Positions 28,520 through 38,639 are shown, numbered from the stretch's first letter. The stretch is 64,000 nucleotides of DNA from a bacterium (GCA_030647555.1 JAUSJG010000013.1:12086-76085), one strand, 5' to 3'. Numbers and translations: made by a program. The notes: generated from the sequence alone by a model not told the origin.

Positions 28520-28924
28520 TTACCGTGCATATGTGGAGATAATTTTTTTGTTCAGTTTTCTTTCCATTTCAAAAAAGGGGGCGTAGTTGTGATAAATCTT
28601 GAACGCATTTAGTTTAAATTTTAATAAATCCCGCCTGTCGCCATAGAGCAGGATTGGATTTTTGCTTACTTGGAACGACAAAAGCGGATTGGCTTTGTTT
28701 AAAATTGTTAGATCGACTTCTTTGTTGAAGATTGCGGAAAGTTCATTGATTAAATCAACATGTTCCTTAAAAAAAACGTCTTTCATGCCTAAAACGGCAA
28801 TGTCTAAATCGCTGTCCTTTCTTTGTTTTCCAGTCGCAAAAGAACCAAAAACAACCACCAATTTCAGTTGAAATTTTTTGGTGAGTTCAGTGATCTTCGT
28901 TTTTTGATCTTGGGTCGTTTCCAT
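28520..28924 (-). CDS. Nucleotidyltransferase (MNT-type), no adjacent HEPN partner
   Basis: FGSFATGKQRKDSDLDIAV motif. Confidence 0.65.
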   Translation of the reverse strand: METTQDQKTKITELTKKFQLKLVVVFGSFATGKQRKDSDLDIAVLGMKDVFFKEHVDLINELSAIFNKEVDLTILNKANPLLSFQVSKNPILLYGDRRDLLKFKLNAFKIYHNYAPFFEMERKLNKKIISTYAR

Positions 28925-29057
28925 GGCGTCAGTATAGGAGAATAGCGGATAAATTCAATACAAGTCGGATCCTTTACTATCCTCCATCATTTTGCTACTT
29001 TGGAAGGACTGAAAAGAGGAGAATATTGGAGGGAAATTACTGCTAAATATTGAAAAC

Positions 29058-30131
29058 ATGGTAAAAAAATCTTTACAAACAGAACGAGCAAAGGCGGCAG
29101 CTTTGGCTGTCGAGCAGATTAAAGAGCGTTTTGGCGATGGTTCGATTATGCTTCTTTCGGAAGCACGAAAAGTAGATGTTGATGTTATTCCAACGGGCTC
29201 AATTTCGCTTGATTTGGCGCTAGGCGTCGGCGGTATTCCTCGTGGCCGTATTATCGAGGTCTATGGTCCGGAAAGCTCCGGTAAAACCACGCTGGCGCTA
29301 CATATGATTGCCGAAGCCCAAAAGAAGGGTGGGATTGCGGCCATTGTGGACGCGGAACACGCGATGGATCCAAACTATGCCGGTAAAATCGGCGTTAAAA
29401 TGGATGAGTTATTAATCTCTCAGCCGGATAATGGTGAGCAAGCCCTGGAAATTGTAGAGACGCTAATTTCGAGTAATGCTGTTGATATTATCGTTGTCGA
29501 CTCGGTCGCAGCCTTAACCCCGCGCGCGGAAATTGAAGGAGAAATGGGTGATTCTCACATGGGCCTACATGCTCGCTTGATGAGTCAAGCGTTACGCAAA
29601 ATTACCGCTATTGTTGCCAAATCAAAAACAACGGTTATTTTTATTAATCAGATTCGGATGAATATCGGGGTGATGTTTGGCAATCCGGAAACGACAACGG
29701 GTGGTAAGGCGTTGAAGTTTTATTCCTCCGTGCGTTTGGAAGTACGTCGTCGCGCGCAAATTAAAAAAGACGAAAAAATTATCGGTAGTCGTACTGTGGT
29801 GAAGGTTGTAAAAAATAAAGTGGCGGCGCCGTTCCAATCCACGGAATTCGATATTATGTACAACGAGGGAATCAGTCGCCAAGGGGATATTGTGGACACG
29901 GGTGTTCGGTTTAATGTTTTGCAGAAATCCGGTTCTTGGGTTTTGTATCATGAAGTAAAAATGGGCCAAGGGCGCGAGCAAGCCAAGCAATTTTTGCGAG
30001 AAAATCCGGAATTAGCCAAAGAAATTGAAGGCGCGATTATGACGGCCGCCGCGGCGCAAGAAGAGCAAGCTACGCAAGCATCCGCTCGTCCGGAAGACGA
30101 AGATGAGGACGAAACACCGGCACCGGTCTAA
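29058..30131 (+). CDS. recA: Recombinase RecA
   Basis: GPESSGKTT Walker A, L1/L2 loops, full-length conservation. Confidence 0.97.
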   Translation: MVKKSLQTERAKAAALAVEQIKERFGDGSIMLLSEARKVDVDVIPTGSISLDLALGVGGIPRGRIIEVYGPESSGKTTLALHMIAEAQKKGGIAAIVDAEHAMDPNYAGKIGVKMDELLISQPDNGEQALEIVETLISSNAVDIIVVDSVAALTPRAEIEGEMGDSHMGLHARLMSQALRKITAIVAKSKTTVIFINQIRMNIGVMFGNPETTTGGKALKFYSSVRLEVRRRAQIKKDEKIIGSRTVVKVVKNKVAAPFQSTEFDIMYNEGISRQGDIVDTGVRFNVLQKSGSWVLYHEVKMGQGREQAKQFLRENPELAKEIEGAIMTAAAAQEEQATQASARPEDEDEDETPAPV

Positions 30132-30134
30132 TAA

Positions 30135-30315
30135 AGGGCTTGATAATTAATAAACGCCTTATCTTATGTCCAATCCATCTCCAAATACAACCGCTTCTCA
30201 ATCAAAAATCTTTCAACGTATGTCAAATACGTCTCAAGATTTTGTTCAATCAAAGACAGTTGTCTTTGAAGCGCATTGAACATAATCTTAAAGCGTTTAT
30301 TAATTACCAAGCCCT
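30135..30315. mobile_element. MITE-like element copy B (181 bp) with 23-bp TIRs agggcttgataattaataaacgc / gcgtttattaattaccaagccct, inserted 4 nt after recA stop
   Basis: TIRs and ~85% identity to copy A (1-154) and reverse copy C (60882-61061). Confidence 0.7.
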
Positions 30316-30317
30316 AA

Positions 30318-30523
30318 TGGACAAACGGAGGACTTATAAAAAAATTGATCTGGAAGGGATTGATTTGCCCGGACCACGGCGCGAGACGGTGATGTTGCCT
30401 AAATCAAACACGTGGAAGTATTGGGTGGGTGCGTTTGTGTTGCTCGGATTTGTATCGGCGATGGTGCTGTTGAATTGGAACGCGGTGAGCCAAGCGGCGT
30501 TTGTGCGGGCATTGGTAAATTAG
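30318..30523 (+). CDS. Small hypothetical membrane protein (68 aa, one TM)
   Basis: ATG immediately after MITE end; hydrophobic segment. Confidence 0.3.
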
Positions 30524-30580
30524 CAAAAGCTTTTCTAATTGAGTTTGGTTTAATTTTTTAGCTGAACTGTTTTCAGACTT

Positions 30581-30648
30581 GTATATTGTATTTGGTATAT
30601 AGTATATGGATTTAGAAAATCTTGTTGACCCCATATATCATATACTTT
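30581..30648. repeat. gtatat-family AT-rich inverted-repeat element
   Basis: Shares gtatattgtatttggtatatagtatatg arm. Confidence 0.55.
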
Positions 30649-30656
30649 TTCTATGT

Positions 30657-30980
30657 TTAGTTGCGCTTGTTTGGCGCGAAAAGTCTTAGTAACTCGTCTT
30701 TACTGTCATCGATTGCAACCTTATTGTTTTGTTCTTTGTCGCAGGTTCGACAACGGTGCGTGATAATCCATTCATTGTGCTTTTGGGTTAAACCCACCGC
30801 AGTCATAATGCCGTGACAATTTTCTAAACGGTCACCGGGAAAAACATCGACGTGCTGGGAGCATAAACAAAAAGGGCAGTGGTTGCGGTAACTGCTTTTA
30901 GTTTTTTCGACTTGCTTACCGCAATTCAAACAAGCAAAGGCTTCGTTTATTGCGGTAAATTTGCGAGTTTGAAGTGTCAT
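30657..30980 (-). CDS. RNHCP domain zinc-ribbon protein
   Basis: CLNCGK...SYRNHCPFCLCSQH motif. Confidence 0.6.
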   Translation of the reverse strand: MTLQTRKFTAINEAFACLNCGKQVEKTKSSYRNHCPFCLCSQHVDVFPGDRLENCHGIMTAVGLTQKHNEWIITHRCRTCDKEQNNKVAIDDSKDELLRLFAPNKRN

Positions 30981-30995
30981 CGTATCTAGTATGAG

Positions 30996-31075
30996 GTATA
31001 TTGTATCTGGTATTTAGTATATTGATTTATCGAGACTGAATAAACCCATATACTAAATACAATATACTATATACA
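30996..31075. repeat. gtatat-family AT-rich inverted-repeat element
   Basis: Arms gtatattgtatctggtatttagtatat / catatactaaatacaatatactatatac. Confidence 0.55.
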
Positions 31076-31118
31076 AAAAACATTATTGCTTCGCTTTACA
31101 GCAATAACCGATAAAACT

Positions 31119-31349
31119 TTATTGGCCCGTATAAGACAGATACCCTAGTTCCCGTGCTTGCTTGATCGCGCGAGCCAAATGGCGTTGGTGTTTGGCGCAA
31201 ATACCAGTTTTCTTTCTTGGTAAAATCTTGCTGTGACTACTGGTAAAACGGCGTAAGTTTTCCGCATCCTCTACACTCGGTGCCGCAATTTCTTCCGCGC
31301 AAAACACGCATCTTCGCGGGGTTGGTTTTTCTTGTGCTTGTGGTTTCAT
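31119..31349 (-). CDS. rpsR: 30S ribosomal protein S18
   Basis: CVFC...GICAKHQRHLARAIKQARELGYL. Confidence 0.85.
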   Translation of the reverse strand: MKPQAQEKPTPRRCVFCAEEIAAPSVEDAENLRRFTSSHSKILPRKKTGICAKHQRHLARAIKQARELGYLSYTGQ

Positions 31350-31366
31350 AAAATTCTAAGTGCTAA

Positions 31367-31867
31367 TTAAAAAGGGATATCTTCGATTCGTATTTCTTCT
31401 TCTGCCGGGGCTGCCGGGGGAACTGTTGGTTGTGCCGGCGTAACGGGGACCTCTGTCGGTGCCGCGGGAACTTCGTTGTTCATTTCATGCGGTGCCGTGA
31501 TTGCCGCGTTTTGTCCTTGCGCGCTACCCGCTGGAGAACCGAGAAAAATGATATTATCGGCGATAATTTCCGTACGGTAGCGCTTGAGATTGTCTTGCGT
31601 GCCGACCCAACTGCGGGTTTGCAAATAACCTTCGACGTAAATTTGTTTACCCTTAGTAAGATATTGTTTTATAATGTCCGCCAATTTCCGCCAAGCGACA
31701 ATATTGTGATATTCGGTTTGCGATTGCGTTGCGCCGGCGGCATCTTTCCATTGGCGGTTTGTAGCAACGCTAAAAGTAGCGACAGTTAATCCTGTCGGGG
31801 TAGTACGGACTTCCGGGTCTTGCGTGAGGCGACCGATAAGCTGAACTTTGTTGAGGTCTTTTGACAT
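31367..31867 (-). CDS. ssb: Single-stranded DNA-binding protein
   Basis: OB-fold N-terminus, acidic DIPF C-terminal tail. Confidence 0.9.
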   Translation of the reverse strand: MSKDLNKVQLIGRLTQDPEVRTTPTGLTVATFSVATNRQWKDAAGATQSQTEYHNIVAWRKLADIIKQYLTKGKQIYVEGYLQTRSWVGTQDNLKRYRTEIIADNIIFLGSPAGSAQGQNAAITAPHEMNNEVPAAPTEVPVTPAQPTVPPAAPAEEEIRIEDIPF

Positions 31868-31881
31868 AAGATGATTAGATT

Positions 31882-32337
31882 TTATAGTACCTTTTCTTCC
31901 AGGATTTCTTCAATCTTTTCATCAAGTTTCGCCAATGGGGCTTTTTCGGCAGGAGGAAGAGTGGATTGAGCCGCCGCTTCTTTACTTGCTTGTTGTAACA
32001 TGGAACGGGTTGGGATATCTTTGATTGTTTTACCTTCGCCTCTAAATGGACGTTGGTACATTCTGAAACGCAAAACTTTCTTTTGACGACCGAGTTTGGC
32101 GATCAAATCGTTAAGTTTTTCACCGGAAAATTCGAACATAATGGTCATTAAGGCGACCTGTTGGGTGTGACCAATGGTGTAGGCGACGCGACGTTTTTCT
32201 TCCACTTTTACATCCTTAATTTCGCCACCTTTTTCGGCTAGCCAGGACTTTACTAATTTTTCGATTTCATGCTTCTCATCCGCGTCTGCTTGCGGGTGGA
32301 TTAACAACGTTAAAAGATATGGTTTGAGTTGATTCAT
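31882..32337 (-). CDS. rpsF: 30S ribosomal protein S6
   Basis: Position in rpsF-ssb-rpsR cluster, S6-like N-terminus. Confidence 0.8.
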   Translation of the reverse strand: MNQLKPYLLTLLIHPQADADEKHEIEKLVKSWLAEKGGEIKDVKVEEKRRVAYTIGHTQQVALMTIMFEFSGEKLNDLIAKLGRQKKVLRFRMYQRPFRGEGKTIKDIPTRSMLQQASKEAAAQSTLPPAEKAPLAKLDEKIEEILEEKVL

Positions 32338-32452
32338 AACTCGCTAGAATGTAACACGAGGGGCTAAATTGTGCAAGCACGAGGGGGCTTGGATATTGTG
32401 ACTTGGGGATTTATTCGGAATTAAAGCTTGATTAGTGGTAACTCAACCTTTT

Positions 32453-32605
32453 AAATCCCAATGACCAAACCCCAATGTCCAACAAAACTTCAAAATCTTA
32501 ATGACCAAAATGACACTTCTTTGGGATTTTAGAAATTAGAATTTTGTTGCCTGCCGGCCGAAGCTTTAGCGAAGGCTGGGTCATTGGGATTTGGAGTTTG
32601 GAGTT
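32453..32605. repeat. cccaatgaccaa-family long hairpin with nested ~30-bp insertion (ctgccggccgaagctttagcgaaggctggg)
   Basis: Arm sequence shared; aagctttagcgaag also at 28366-28379. Confidence 0.55.
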
Positions 32606-32608
32606 TTT

Positions 32609-33691
32609 CTACAGCCCTGTCTTAAACACAATTACATCCCCATCCTTGACGACATATTCTTTCCCTTCGTTTCTTACTAATCCTTTTTCGCGGGCTGGGC
32701 CGTATCCGCCCTGCGTAAGTAAATCTTGCCAGTTGATTGTTTCGGCAAAAATGAAACTCTTTTCAAAATCGGTATGAATTTTTCCGGCGGCAACGGGAGC
32801 CGTTGAACCATCGATAATTGTCCAGGCGCGGGTTTCATCCGAGCCGGTTGTAAGAAAAGTGATTAGTCCAAGCAGTTTATAGCCGGCCGTAATTAAATCG
32901 TCCATTCCGGAATGAGTTAGGCCGTATTCGGATAAAAATATTTTTTGTTCTTCGGCTGGTAGTTCCGCCAATTCTTGTTCAATTTTTACTGAAAGGGGAA
33001 CGACATCGTTATGTTTTTGTTTGAACTGAACAATAATATTGTTCGCGTCTTTGATTTGTTCTTCGTCTAAATTAGCTACGTACAAAATTGGTTTTTGCGT
33101 CAGTAGTTTTATATCTTTGGTGACGTCGATTTCTGCGCGGGTTAATTCAACACTGCGCGCCGGGTCGCCTGCCGACAGGGCATCGTAAAATTTTTGAAGT
33201 GCGGAGACGCGTAACACATCTTCTGTTTTTCCGCCTTTGGCATCTTTCTTTGCCTTGTCCAACATACTTTCGCAAGTCTTTAAATCAGCCAATGCGAGTT
33301 CGGTGTTAATTGTTTCCGCGTCTTCTAGCGGATTAACTCCGCCGGCAACGTGAATAACATTCGGGTCGGGGAAAAATCTGATTACTTCCACAATTGCATC
33401 CACTTCCCGAATGTGGGATAAAAATTTATTACCCAAACCTTCGCCTTCCGAGGCACCTTTAACAAGACCGGCAATATCGACAAACTCAATAGCAGTCGGA
33501 ACAACTTTTTCCGATTTGAAAAAAGAAGCTAATTTATCAACCCGTTCATCTGGGACAGTGACCACGCCAACATTAGGATCAACAGTGGTAAAAGGGAAAT
33601 TCGCCGCCGGCGCGTGCTGCTTAGTTAGCGCGTTAAATAGAGTAGATTTTCCGACGTTGGGAAGTCCAACAATACCGATTTTGAGAGCCAT
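32609..33691 (-). CDS. ychF: Ribosome-binding ATPase YchF
   Basis: GIVGLPNVGKSTLFNALT, TGS domain. Confidence 0.95.
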   Translation of the reverse strand: MALKIGIVGLPNVGKSTLFNALTKQHAPAANFPFTTVDPNVGVVTVPDERVDKLASFFKSEKVVPTAIEFVDIAGLVKGASEGEGLGNKFLSHIREVDAIVEVIRFFPDPNVIHVAGGVNPLEDAETINTELALADLKTCESMLDKAKKDAKGGKTEDVLRVSALQKFYDALSAGDPARSVELTRAEIDVTKDIKLLTQKPILYVANLDEEQIKDANNIIVQFKQKHNDVVPLSVKIEQELAELPAEEQKIFLSEYGLTHSGMDDLITAGYKLLGLITFLTTGSDETRAWTIIDGSTAPVAAGKIHTDFEKSFIFAETINWQDLLTQGGYGPAREKGLVRNEGKEYVVKDGDVIVFKTGL

Positions 33692-33838
33692 AACGAAAAC
33701 AAAGTAACATCGCGACGCAACCTTGACAAGAGCTTGGATTTATGATACAATTTCTCGTTATTCTTTTGCTCGTCATTATTAGAAGTCGAAGCTTCAACGG
33801 AATGTTGAGGTTTTTTTGCTATTGTTTAATGGGTTAAT

Positions 33839-34240
33839 TTGCGATATTATTGGCGCATGACGGAAGAAAATTTAGTGATTTATTGGCAAGAAGGGGCGCG
33901 AGAAGCGTGGAAAACCGCGGAGGCTTTAATGGCATCAAAACGTTATGTGCATACTCTTTTCTTTTGCCATTTAACACTAGAAAAGGCGTTAAAAGCTTGT
34001 TATGTCGATGTGAACAAGGTTCCCTCTCCACCAGTACATGATTTAAACTGGTTGGCGGAAGAGGCAAAAGTTAGTGTGAGTGATGATGATAAAAATATAC
34101 TTGCGGAAATATCAAAATTTAATATCGCCGGGCGTTATGAAGATTATAAATTGCGTTTGCACGAAGAGGCTACTTTTGAATACGTCAGTCGCTGGGTGGG
34201 TGAAACAAAAAGGCTGATGGATGTTTTATTGGCCGAATAA
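33839..34240 (+). CDS. HEPN domain protein (toxin component)
   Basis: HEPN-like helices with AGRYEDY R-x-H type motif region; overlaps MNT gene by 20 nt. Confidence 0.55.
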   Translation: MRYYWRMTEENLVIYWQEGAREAWKTAEALMASKRYVHTLFFCHLTLEKALKACYVDVNKVPSPPVHDLNWLAEEAKVSVSDDDKNILAEISKFNIAGRYEDYKLRLHEEATFEYVSRWVGETKRLMDVLLAE

Positions 34241-34583
34241 TATGATTATAGAAAATAAACCCGACCAAGAAGCGATTCAAATCGCACAAAGGTTTGGTGA
34301 TTTGGTAAAAAAACAGGGCGTTGATGTGCGAAAGGTCTTGTTGTTTGGATCTCGCGCGCGCGGTGGCTGGAAACCATGGAGCGATGTCGATATTTGCGTT
34401 ATCTCGCCTCAATTTGGCAAGAATGTTTCGGAAGAAATGGGCATGTTGTTGCGTCTTACCGTACAATTAAAATCGCCATTTCCCGTTGAGCCGATTCCTT
34501 TCGGCTTGGATGATCTTGAAGACAAATTCAGCACGCTTGCGAACGAAATTCGTAAGTATGGCGTTTCTGTAGAAATTAAATAA
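34221..34583 (+). CDS. Nucleotidyltransferase (MNT-type antitoxin)
   Basis: LFGSRARGGWKPWSDVDICV motif. Confidence 0.7.
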   Translation: MFYWPNNMIIENKPDQEAIQIAQRFGDLVKKQGVDVRKVLLFGSRARGGWKPWSDVDICVISPQFGKNVSEEMGMLLRLTVQLKSPFPVEPIPFGLDDLEDKFSTLANEIRKYGVSVEIK

Positions 34584-34614
34584 AAATCACGCTAATAAAA
34601 TTGATTATGTAAAG

Positions 34615-34877
34615 GTAACCGCTCACCGGTTAAGGAGAAATTTGAGTCGTCGCTCTCACTTCCGATGTGGTGCCGACCTGTCCCCCATAGCCTTGGCAAC
34701 GGGGGAGGCACTTCATCGGAAGTGGTGTGGGTTAGGGTTTGATAATCGTAGTAACGTTACGCGAACCATAACCACTTCCAAGGAAGCCATGCCTGTCCTC
34801 CGTAGCCTTGTGCGAAGGGGGAAATGGCCACCTTGGAAGTGATCACGACAGCAATCCATCGACCGGTGAGCGGTTAC
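34615..34877. mobile_element. Structured TIR-bounded element, copy 2 (263 bp), inverted relative to copies 1/3 and carrying two nested ~30-bp mini-palindromes in its hairpin loops
   Basis: TIRs gtaaccgctcaccggttaagg / ccggtgagcggttac; internal cacttccgatg...catcggaagtg hairpin. Confidence 0.65.
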
Positions 34878-34923
34878 CGCAAGCCACTTTGGCAAAAGCA
34901 TAATTTAAGCGTATAAAATCCAT

Positions 34924-36048
34924 ATGGCACAAAATAAACTCAAAGGTTTTGTAGCAGAATTATTGGCTAGTGTGGATGTAAAAATTGACGGTGATCGACC
35001 ATGGGATATACGGGTGCATGACGAGCGTCTTTATCGACGCGTTGCGTCGTCGGGAAATTTGGGGCTTGGAGAAGCATATATGGATGGTTGGTGGGACTGC
35101 GAGGCCATAGATGAACTAATCAATCGTATTTTGCGCGGTGATTTGGCAAAAAAGGTTCGTCAGGATATCGGCATGGATTTGGTTATTTATACTTTATTGC
35201 ATTTTAACCCGGCCGGTCATAAAAATAAGGCTTTTGAAATTGCCGAAAAACACTACAATACCGGGAATGATTTGTTTCAGGCGATGCTTGATAAACGCAT
35301 GGTCTATACCTGTGGTTATTGGCGCGACGCCCAAACCTTAGACGAAGCGCAAGAAGCAAAACTGGATTTGGTTTGCCGAAAGATTGGTTTGAAACAAGGA
35401 ATGCGCGTCTTGGATATCGGTGGCGGGTGGGGAAGTTTTGCAAAGTTTGCCGCGGAAAAATATGGGGCGTCGGTTGTAAACGTTACGGTTTCTAAAGAAC
35501 AGGTCGAATTGGCCAACAAATTATGTAAAGGCCTAACCGTCGAAAATCGTTTGCAGGATTATCGTGATGTGAATGAAAAGTTTGATGCAATTGTTTCGTT
35601 GGGAATGTTTGAACACGTCGGTCCGCGTTACTACAAAGATTATTTCGCGGTGGTGGAGCGGTGTCTTAAAGATGATGGACTGTTCTTATTACACACGATT
35701 GGTCGCAATGAAACGAAAGGGCAACCTGACGCCTGGATCAGTAAATATATTTTTCCAAATTCTGCATTGCCTTCCATGCACCAAATTACTGGTGCTGTTG
35801 AAAGGCATTTTATTGTAGAAGATTGGCACAACTTTAGTGCTGATTACGACAAAACACTGATGGCCTGGTACAAAAATTTTGAACAACATTGGCCGGAACT
35901 CAAGACCAAATACAGCGAAAGATTTTATCGCATGTGGCGTTATTACCTGTTATCTTGTGCCGGTGGTTTCCGCGCGCGGGGGATACAGTTGTGGCAGATA
36001 GTTTTGTCAAAAAAAGGTGTGGTGGGGGGTTATGAATCAGTTCGATAA
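34924..36048 (+). CDS. cfa: Cyclopropane-fatty-acyl-phospholipid synthase family SAM-dependent methyltransferase
   Basis: VLDIGGGWGSFAKFAAEKYGASVVNVTVS SAM-binding motif, CFA synthase-like length. Confidence 0.8.
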   Translation: MAQNKLKGFVAELLASVDVKIDGDRPWDIRVHDERLYRRVASSGNLGLGEAYMDGWWDCEAIDELINRILRGDLAKKVRQDIGMDLVIYTLLHFNPAGHKNKAFEIAEKHYNTGNDLFQAMLDKRMVYTCGYWRDAQTLDEAQEAKLDLVCRKIGLKQGMRVLDIGGGWGSFAKFAAEKYGASVVNVTVSKEQVELANKLCKGLTVENRLQDYRDVNEKFDAIVSLGMFEHVGPRYYKDYFAVVERCLKDDGLFLLHTIGRNETKGQPDAWISKYIFPNSALPSMHQITGAVERHFIVEDWHNFSADYDKTLMAWYKNFEQHWPELKTKYSERFYRMWRYYLLSCAGGFRARGIQLWQIVLSKKGVVGGYESVR

Positions 36049-36079
36049 AATAGACTGTTATTGATATATTAAGATAATT

Positions 36080-36212
36080 AATTTGAAATTTGAAATTTTT
36101 AATTTGAAATCAATTTGAAAGATATAAATTTGAAATACCGAAAACAGCGTTTTCAAATTATGATATTAAATTATTTCAAATTGATTAAAAATTTCAAATT
36201 TCAAATTAAAAA
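36080..36212. repeat. Long AT-rich hairpin, near-identical to 8056-8190
   Basis: Direct alignment. Confidence 0.65.
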
Positions 36213-36297
36213 TTGGGTTGTCTTTATCTGACAACAAAGTTGTATTACATAAAATGGCTAATATGAGCCATAAATAGAGCGGGTAAATACCCTCCTA

Positions 36298-36340
36298 TTG
36301 ACAAAATTCTCCAGTGGGTGTAAAATTGCCTGTTACTCAT
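36298..36340 (+). promoter_or_regulatory. Promoter-leader module TTGACA-17-TAAAAT + tgcctgttactcat, ~280 nt upstream of 36622 start (long structured leader)
   Basis: Hexamer spacing and motif similarity to 20623-20666. Confidence 0.45.
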
Positions 36341-36621
36341 TTTCTCTGCCATTTCACAATTTGGCGTAAGTCCTTCATATCGGGAGTTTTTTGGTTGTGA
36401 TTAATGATTTATGATTTAAGAAGAATGAATTCGGTCGTTCAGCGTTTCATCATTCAGAAATCATCTCCGCCAGCTGGCGGACATCATTCGCAATTAACAA
36501 ACTCCCCTTGTGGGGATTTACGAAGAGATGCGGTGTAGTTCGTACCCGTGTCTAATTTACCCTGCGTGACGTCGAACCCTTCGGGGCGAGATACGAACCG
36601 TCACAACGAAAGGACCTTCCG

Positions 36622-37935
36622 ATGAAGACCTCCATCACTGCCACGTTGTCCGCTAAGGCCACCACCGCTCGCGCCGAGTTTTTGAAGATTATGAAAACGG
36701 CCGATCAGATCGGCTGGCAGGAGTGCTACGACGCCATTCAGGGCGTCGTGGGTGCCCTCGACGCCGACACCCAGGCCGAACTCCAGCAGTTTTTGGTCGG
36801 TATCAAGCCGGAGACGGCGCGGATGCGGATTGATAACGCCGCCCGGGTTTTGGAAGACCTTGGCGAATATTCGTTAGCGTTCGCGTTGAAAGGTGAGGTA
36901 GTCCTCACCAACGTGCAGGCCATCGCAATGTTTGAACCGTTCGTGGCCGGCAACAACGCTCTGCCCGAATGGATTCGGGGGGCACTGAACGTCCGCTTGG
37001 GTGCTGTCAAGGCGATGATCGAGAGGGCAAAGTTGCCTCCCGTACCGCCGAAGTCGGCTGTGCCCGCCGATCCGTTGCCCGGACTGCGGAAGCAGTTCGA
37101 GCAGATGCTGGATCGTATGGAGCACGGTCACTTCTGCAACGGCGACTTTCATGTCGCCGAGACCAAGTTGACCGTCGCGCAGCGCGATGAACTGGCGGAC
37201 CTGATCAAAAAGATCCGCGACGAGATCGAGCCGTGCTACTTGCGAGCCCGCACGAATGCGGGCGAAATGCTCGAGACCGTCGGCCATGATCGTGCGGCCG
37301 AAGCGCTCTATGACGACGAGGCAGATCCCGGAGTGTTGCATGACGCGTTGAGGGCGCGGAATGTGCACGGCTGGGTGAAAGGGCTGATCAATCATCGGAT
37401 TTATCAGCTAGAAAAGCTGGCGCGTGCCCGCGAGCAGGTCGCCAGATTGACCGAAACCGACGTCGCGGTGGCGAAGGTGGCCGAACTGGTCGGCCGTGTC
37501 ATCAAGATCGGCGATCAGGCGGCGGAATTCTCGGTTATGGGACCGACGCTGCTTAAGAAGGCCGAGGAGATTCTCGAGGAGGCCCAGCGCACGGAAGTGC
37601 ACTACGGTTTACTCGAGGGACTCATTGCCGACCAGGGCGGTGAGAAGAGTTTCGTCTCGCGGATGCTTCGCGACGTCGAGGCGATGGCCATGGTAGTCGA
37701 CAAGGCGGTCGAGAAGACCAAGGCCGCGGCGTTCCACCGCGAGTTACTCCGACCGGCGCGCGAAGCGGTCGAGGCGATGCGGACGGAGTTCGGTGAGGCC
37801 AATCAGACCGAGCCGGAACCGGTGGTACAGAAGGCCGAACCGGTTAAGCAGAATGGGAAGAAGAAGTTTCACCCTAATCTGCTGGCGAATCACGTTGATT
37901 CGCCACGGCATTCGCGCCATGGAGTCGCGCGCTGA
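36622..37935 (+). CDS. Hypothetical alpha-helical protein, markedly GC-rich (~60%) relative to window
   Basis: ORF with RBS aaaggacc; GCC/GAG/CTC-rich codons. Confidence 0.55.
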   Translation: MKTSITATLSAKATTARAEFLKIMKTADQIGWQECYDAIQGVVGALDADTQAELQQFLVGIKPETARMRIDNAARVLEDLGEYSLAFALKGEVVLTNVQAIAMFEPFVAGNNALPEWIRGALNVRLGAVKAMIERAKLPPVPPKSAVPADPLPGLRKQFEQMLDRMEHGHFCNGDFHVAETKLTVAQRDELADLIKKIRDEIEPCYLRARTNAGEMLETVGHDRAAEALYDDEADPGVLHDALRARNVHGWVKGLINHRIYQLEKLARAREQVARLTETDVAVAKVAELVGRVIKIGDQAAEFSVMGPTLLKKAEEILEEAQRTEVHYGLLEGLIADQGGEKSFVSRMLRDVEAMAMVVDKAVEKTKAAAFHRELLRPAREAVEAMRTEFGEANQTEPEPVVQKAEPVKQNGKKKFHPNLLANHVDSPRHSRHGVAR

Positions 37936-37964
37936 TCGTCAGTGCGCCAAGTTTATTCGTTCAG

Positions 37965-38000
37965 CCGTTGAATCTCACCCGAGGTTCAACGGTTTTTTTT
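37965..38000 (+). terminator. Intrinsic terminator ccgttgaatctcacccgaggttcaacgg + T8
   Basis: Hairpin and T-run. Confidence 0.6.
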
Positions 38001-38056
38001 GATTTTCTTCGCGAAGAAAATCAATCCCCCATAGCTCATCAGAGCGACGGGGGATG
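38001..38056. repeat. Variable palindrome gattttcttcgcgaagaaaatc + canonical 34-bp CAT element
   Basis: Identical CAT element to 28318-28351. Confidence 0.65.
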
Positions 38057-38145
38057 TTTCTTCATCAATCAGCGTCATGTACCCTACGTCACAACCCTTG
38101 TAATTGTCGTCTGGTAGTGTTACATTATTAAGAAGGAAAGACTAT

Positions 38146-38592
38146 ATGAAATCAATTACAAGCAAAATTTTGACATTATCGATTTTTGGCCTAGGTGCTT
38201 TTTCTTTGCTGACGCCCGGTTTAGCGATGGCGAGCAATGACGGTTGGGGTAATTTGAATTGGAATCGAACACAAGCGCAAGCAAAAGGAATGTGGCAGTT
38301 GGAAAATTGGCTTTCGGATGTGCAACAGCGTTGGAATAAATCGGACAAAAATCATCATCACGACAACAATAATGATCATCGCCAAAACGTGAATGTTAAT
38401 TATGGTGGAAATAACAATGTTAATGTGCGTCAACATCAAGAAGTGACCGGTGACTTCAAGAGTGTCACTTTGGAACAAAAAGTCCGGGTTTATGTTAATG
38501 GCGTGTTAACCTCCAATGAACAACAAACATCTGTCCACAGTAATGGCGACAAAGCCGAGCAGTGGCAAGAAATTTCAGTGAAGGGGAGATAA
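38146..38592 (+). CDS. Secreted His/Asn-rich hypothetical protein (signal peptide MKSITSKILTLSIFGLGAFSLLTPGLAMA)
   Basis: Signal-peptide-like N-terminus, low-complexity HHHDNNNDH region. Confidence 0.5.
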   Translation: MKSITSKILTLSIFGLGAFSLLTPGLAMASNDGWGNLNWNRTQAQAKGMWQLENWLSDVQQRWNKSDKNHHHDNNNDHRQNVNVNYGGNNNVNVRQHQEVTGDFKSVTLEQKVRVYVNGVLTSNEQQTSVHSNGDKAEQWQEISVKGR

Positions 38593-38600
38593 AAAGTTTT

Positions 38601-38639
38601 ATCAGGGACCGTCCCCGGCGTGCGGGCACGGTCCCAGAT
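38601..38639. repeat. Palindromic element family 2 (atcagggaccgtccccggcgtgcgggcacggtcccagat)
   Basis: Related to 3406-3444. Confidence 0.65.
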
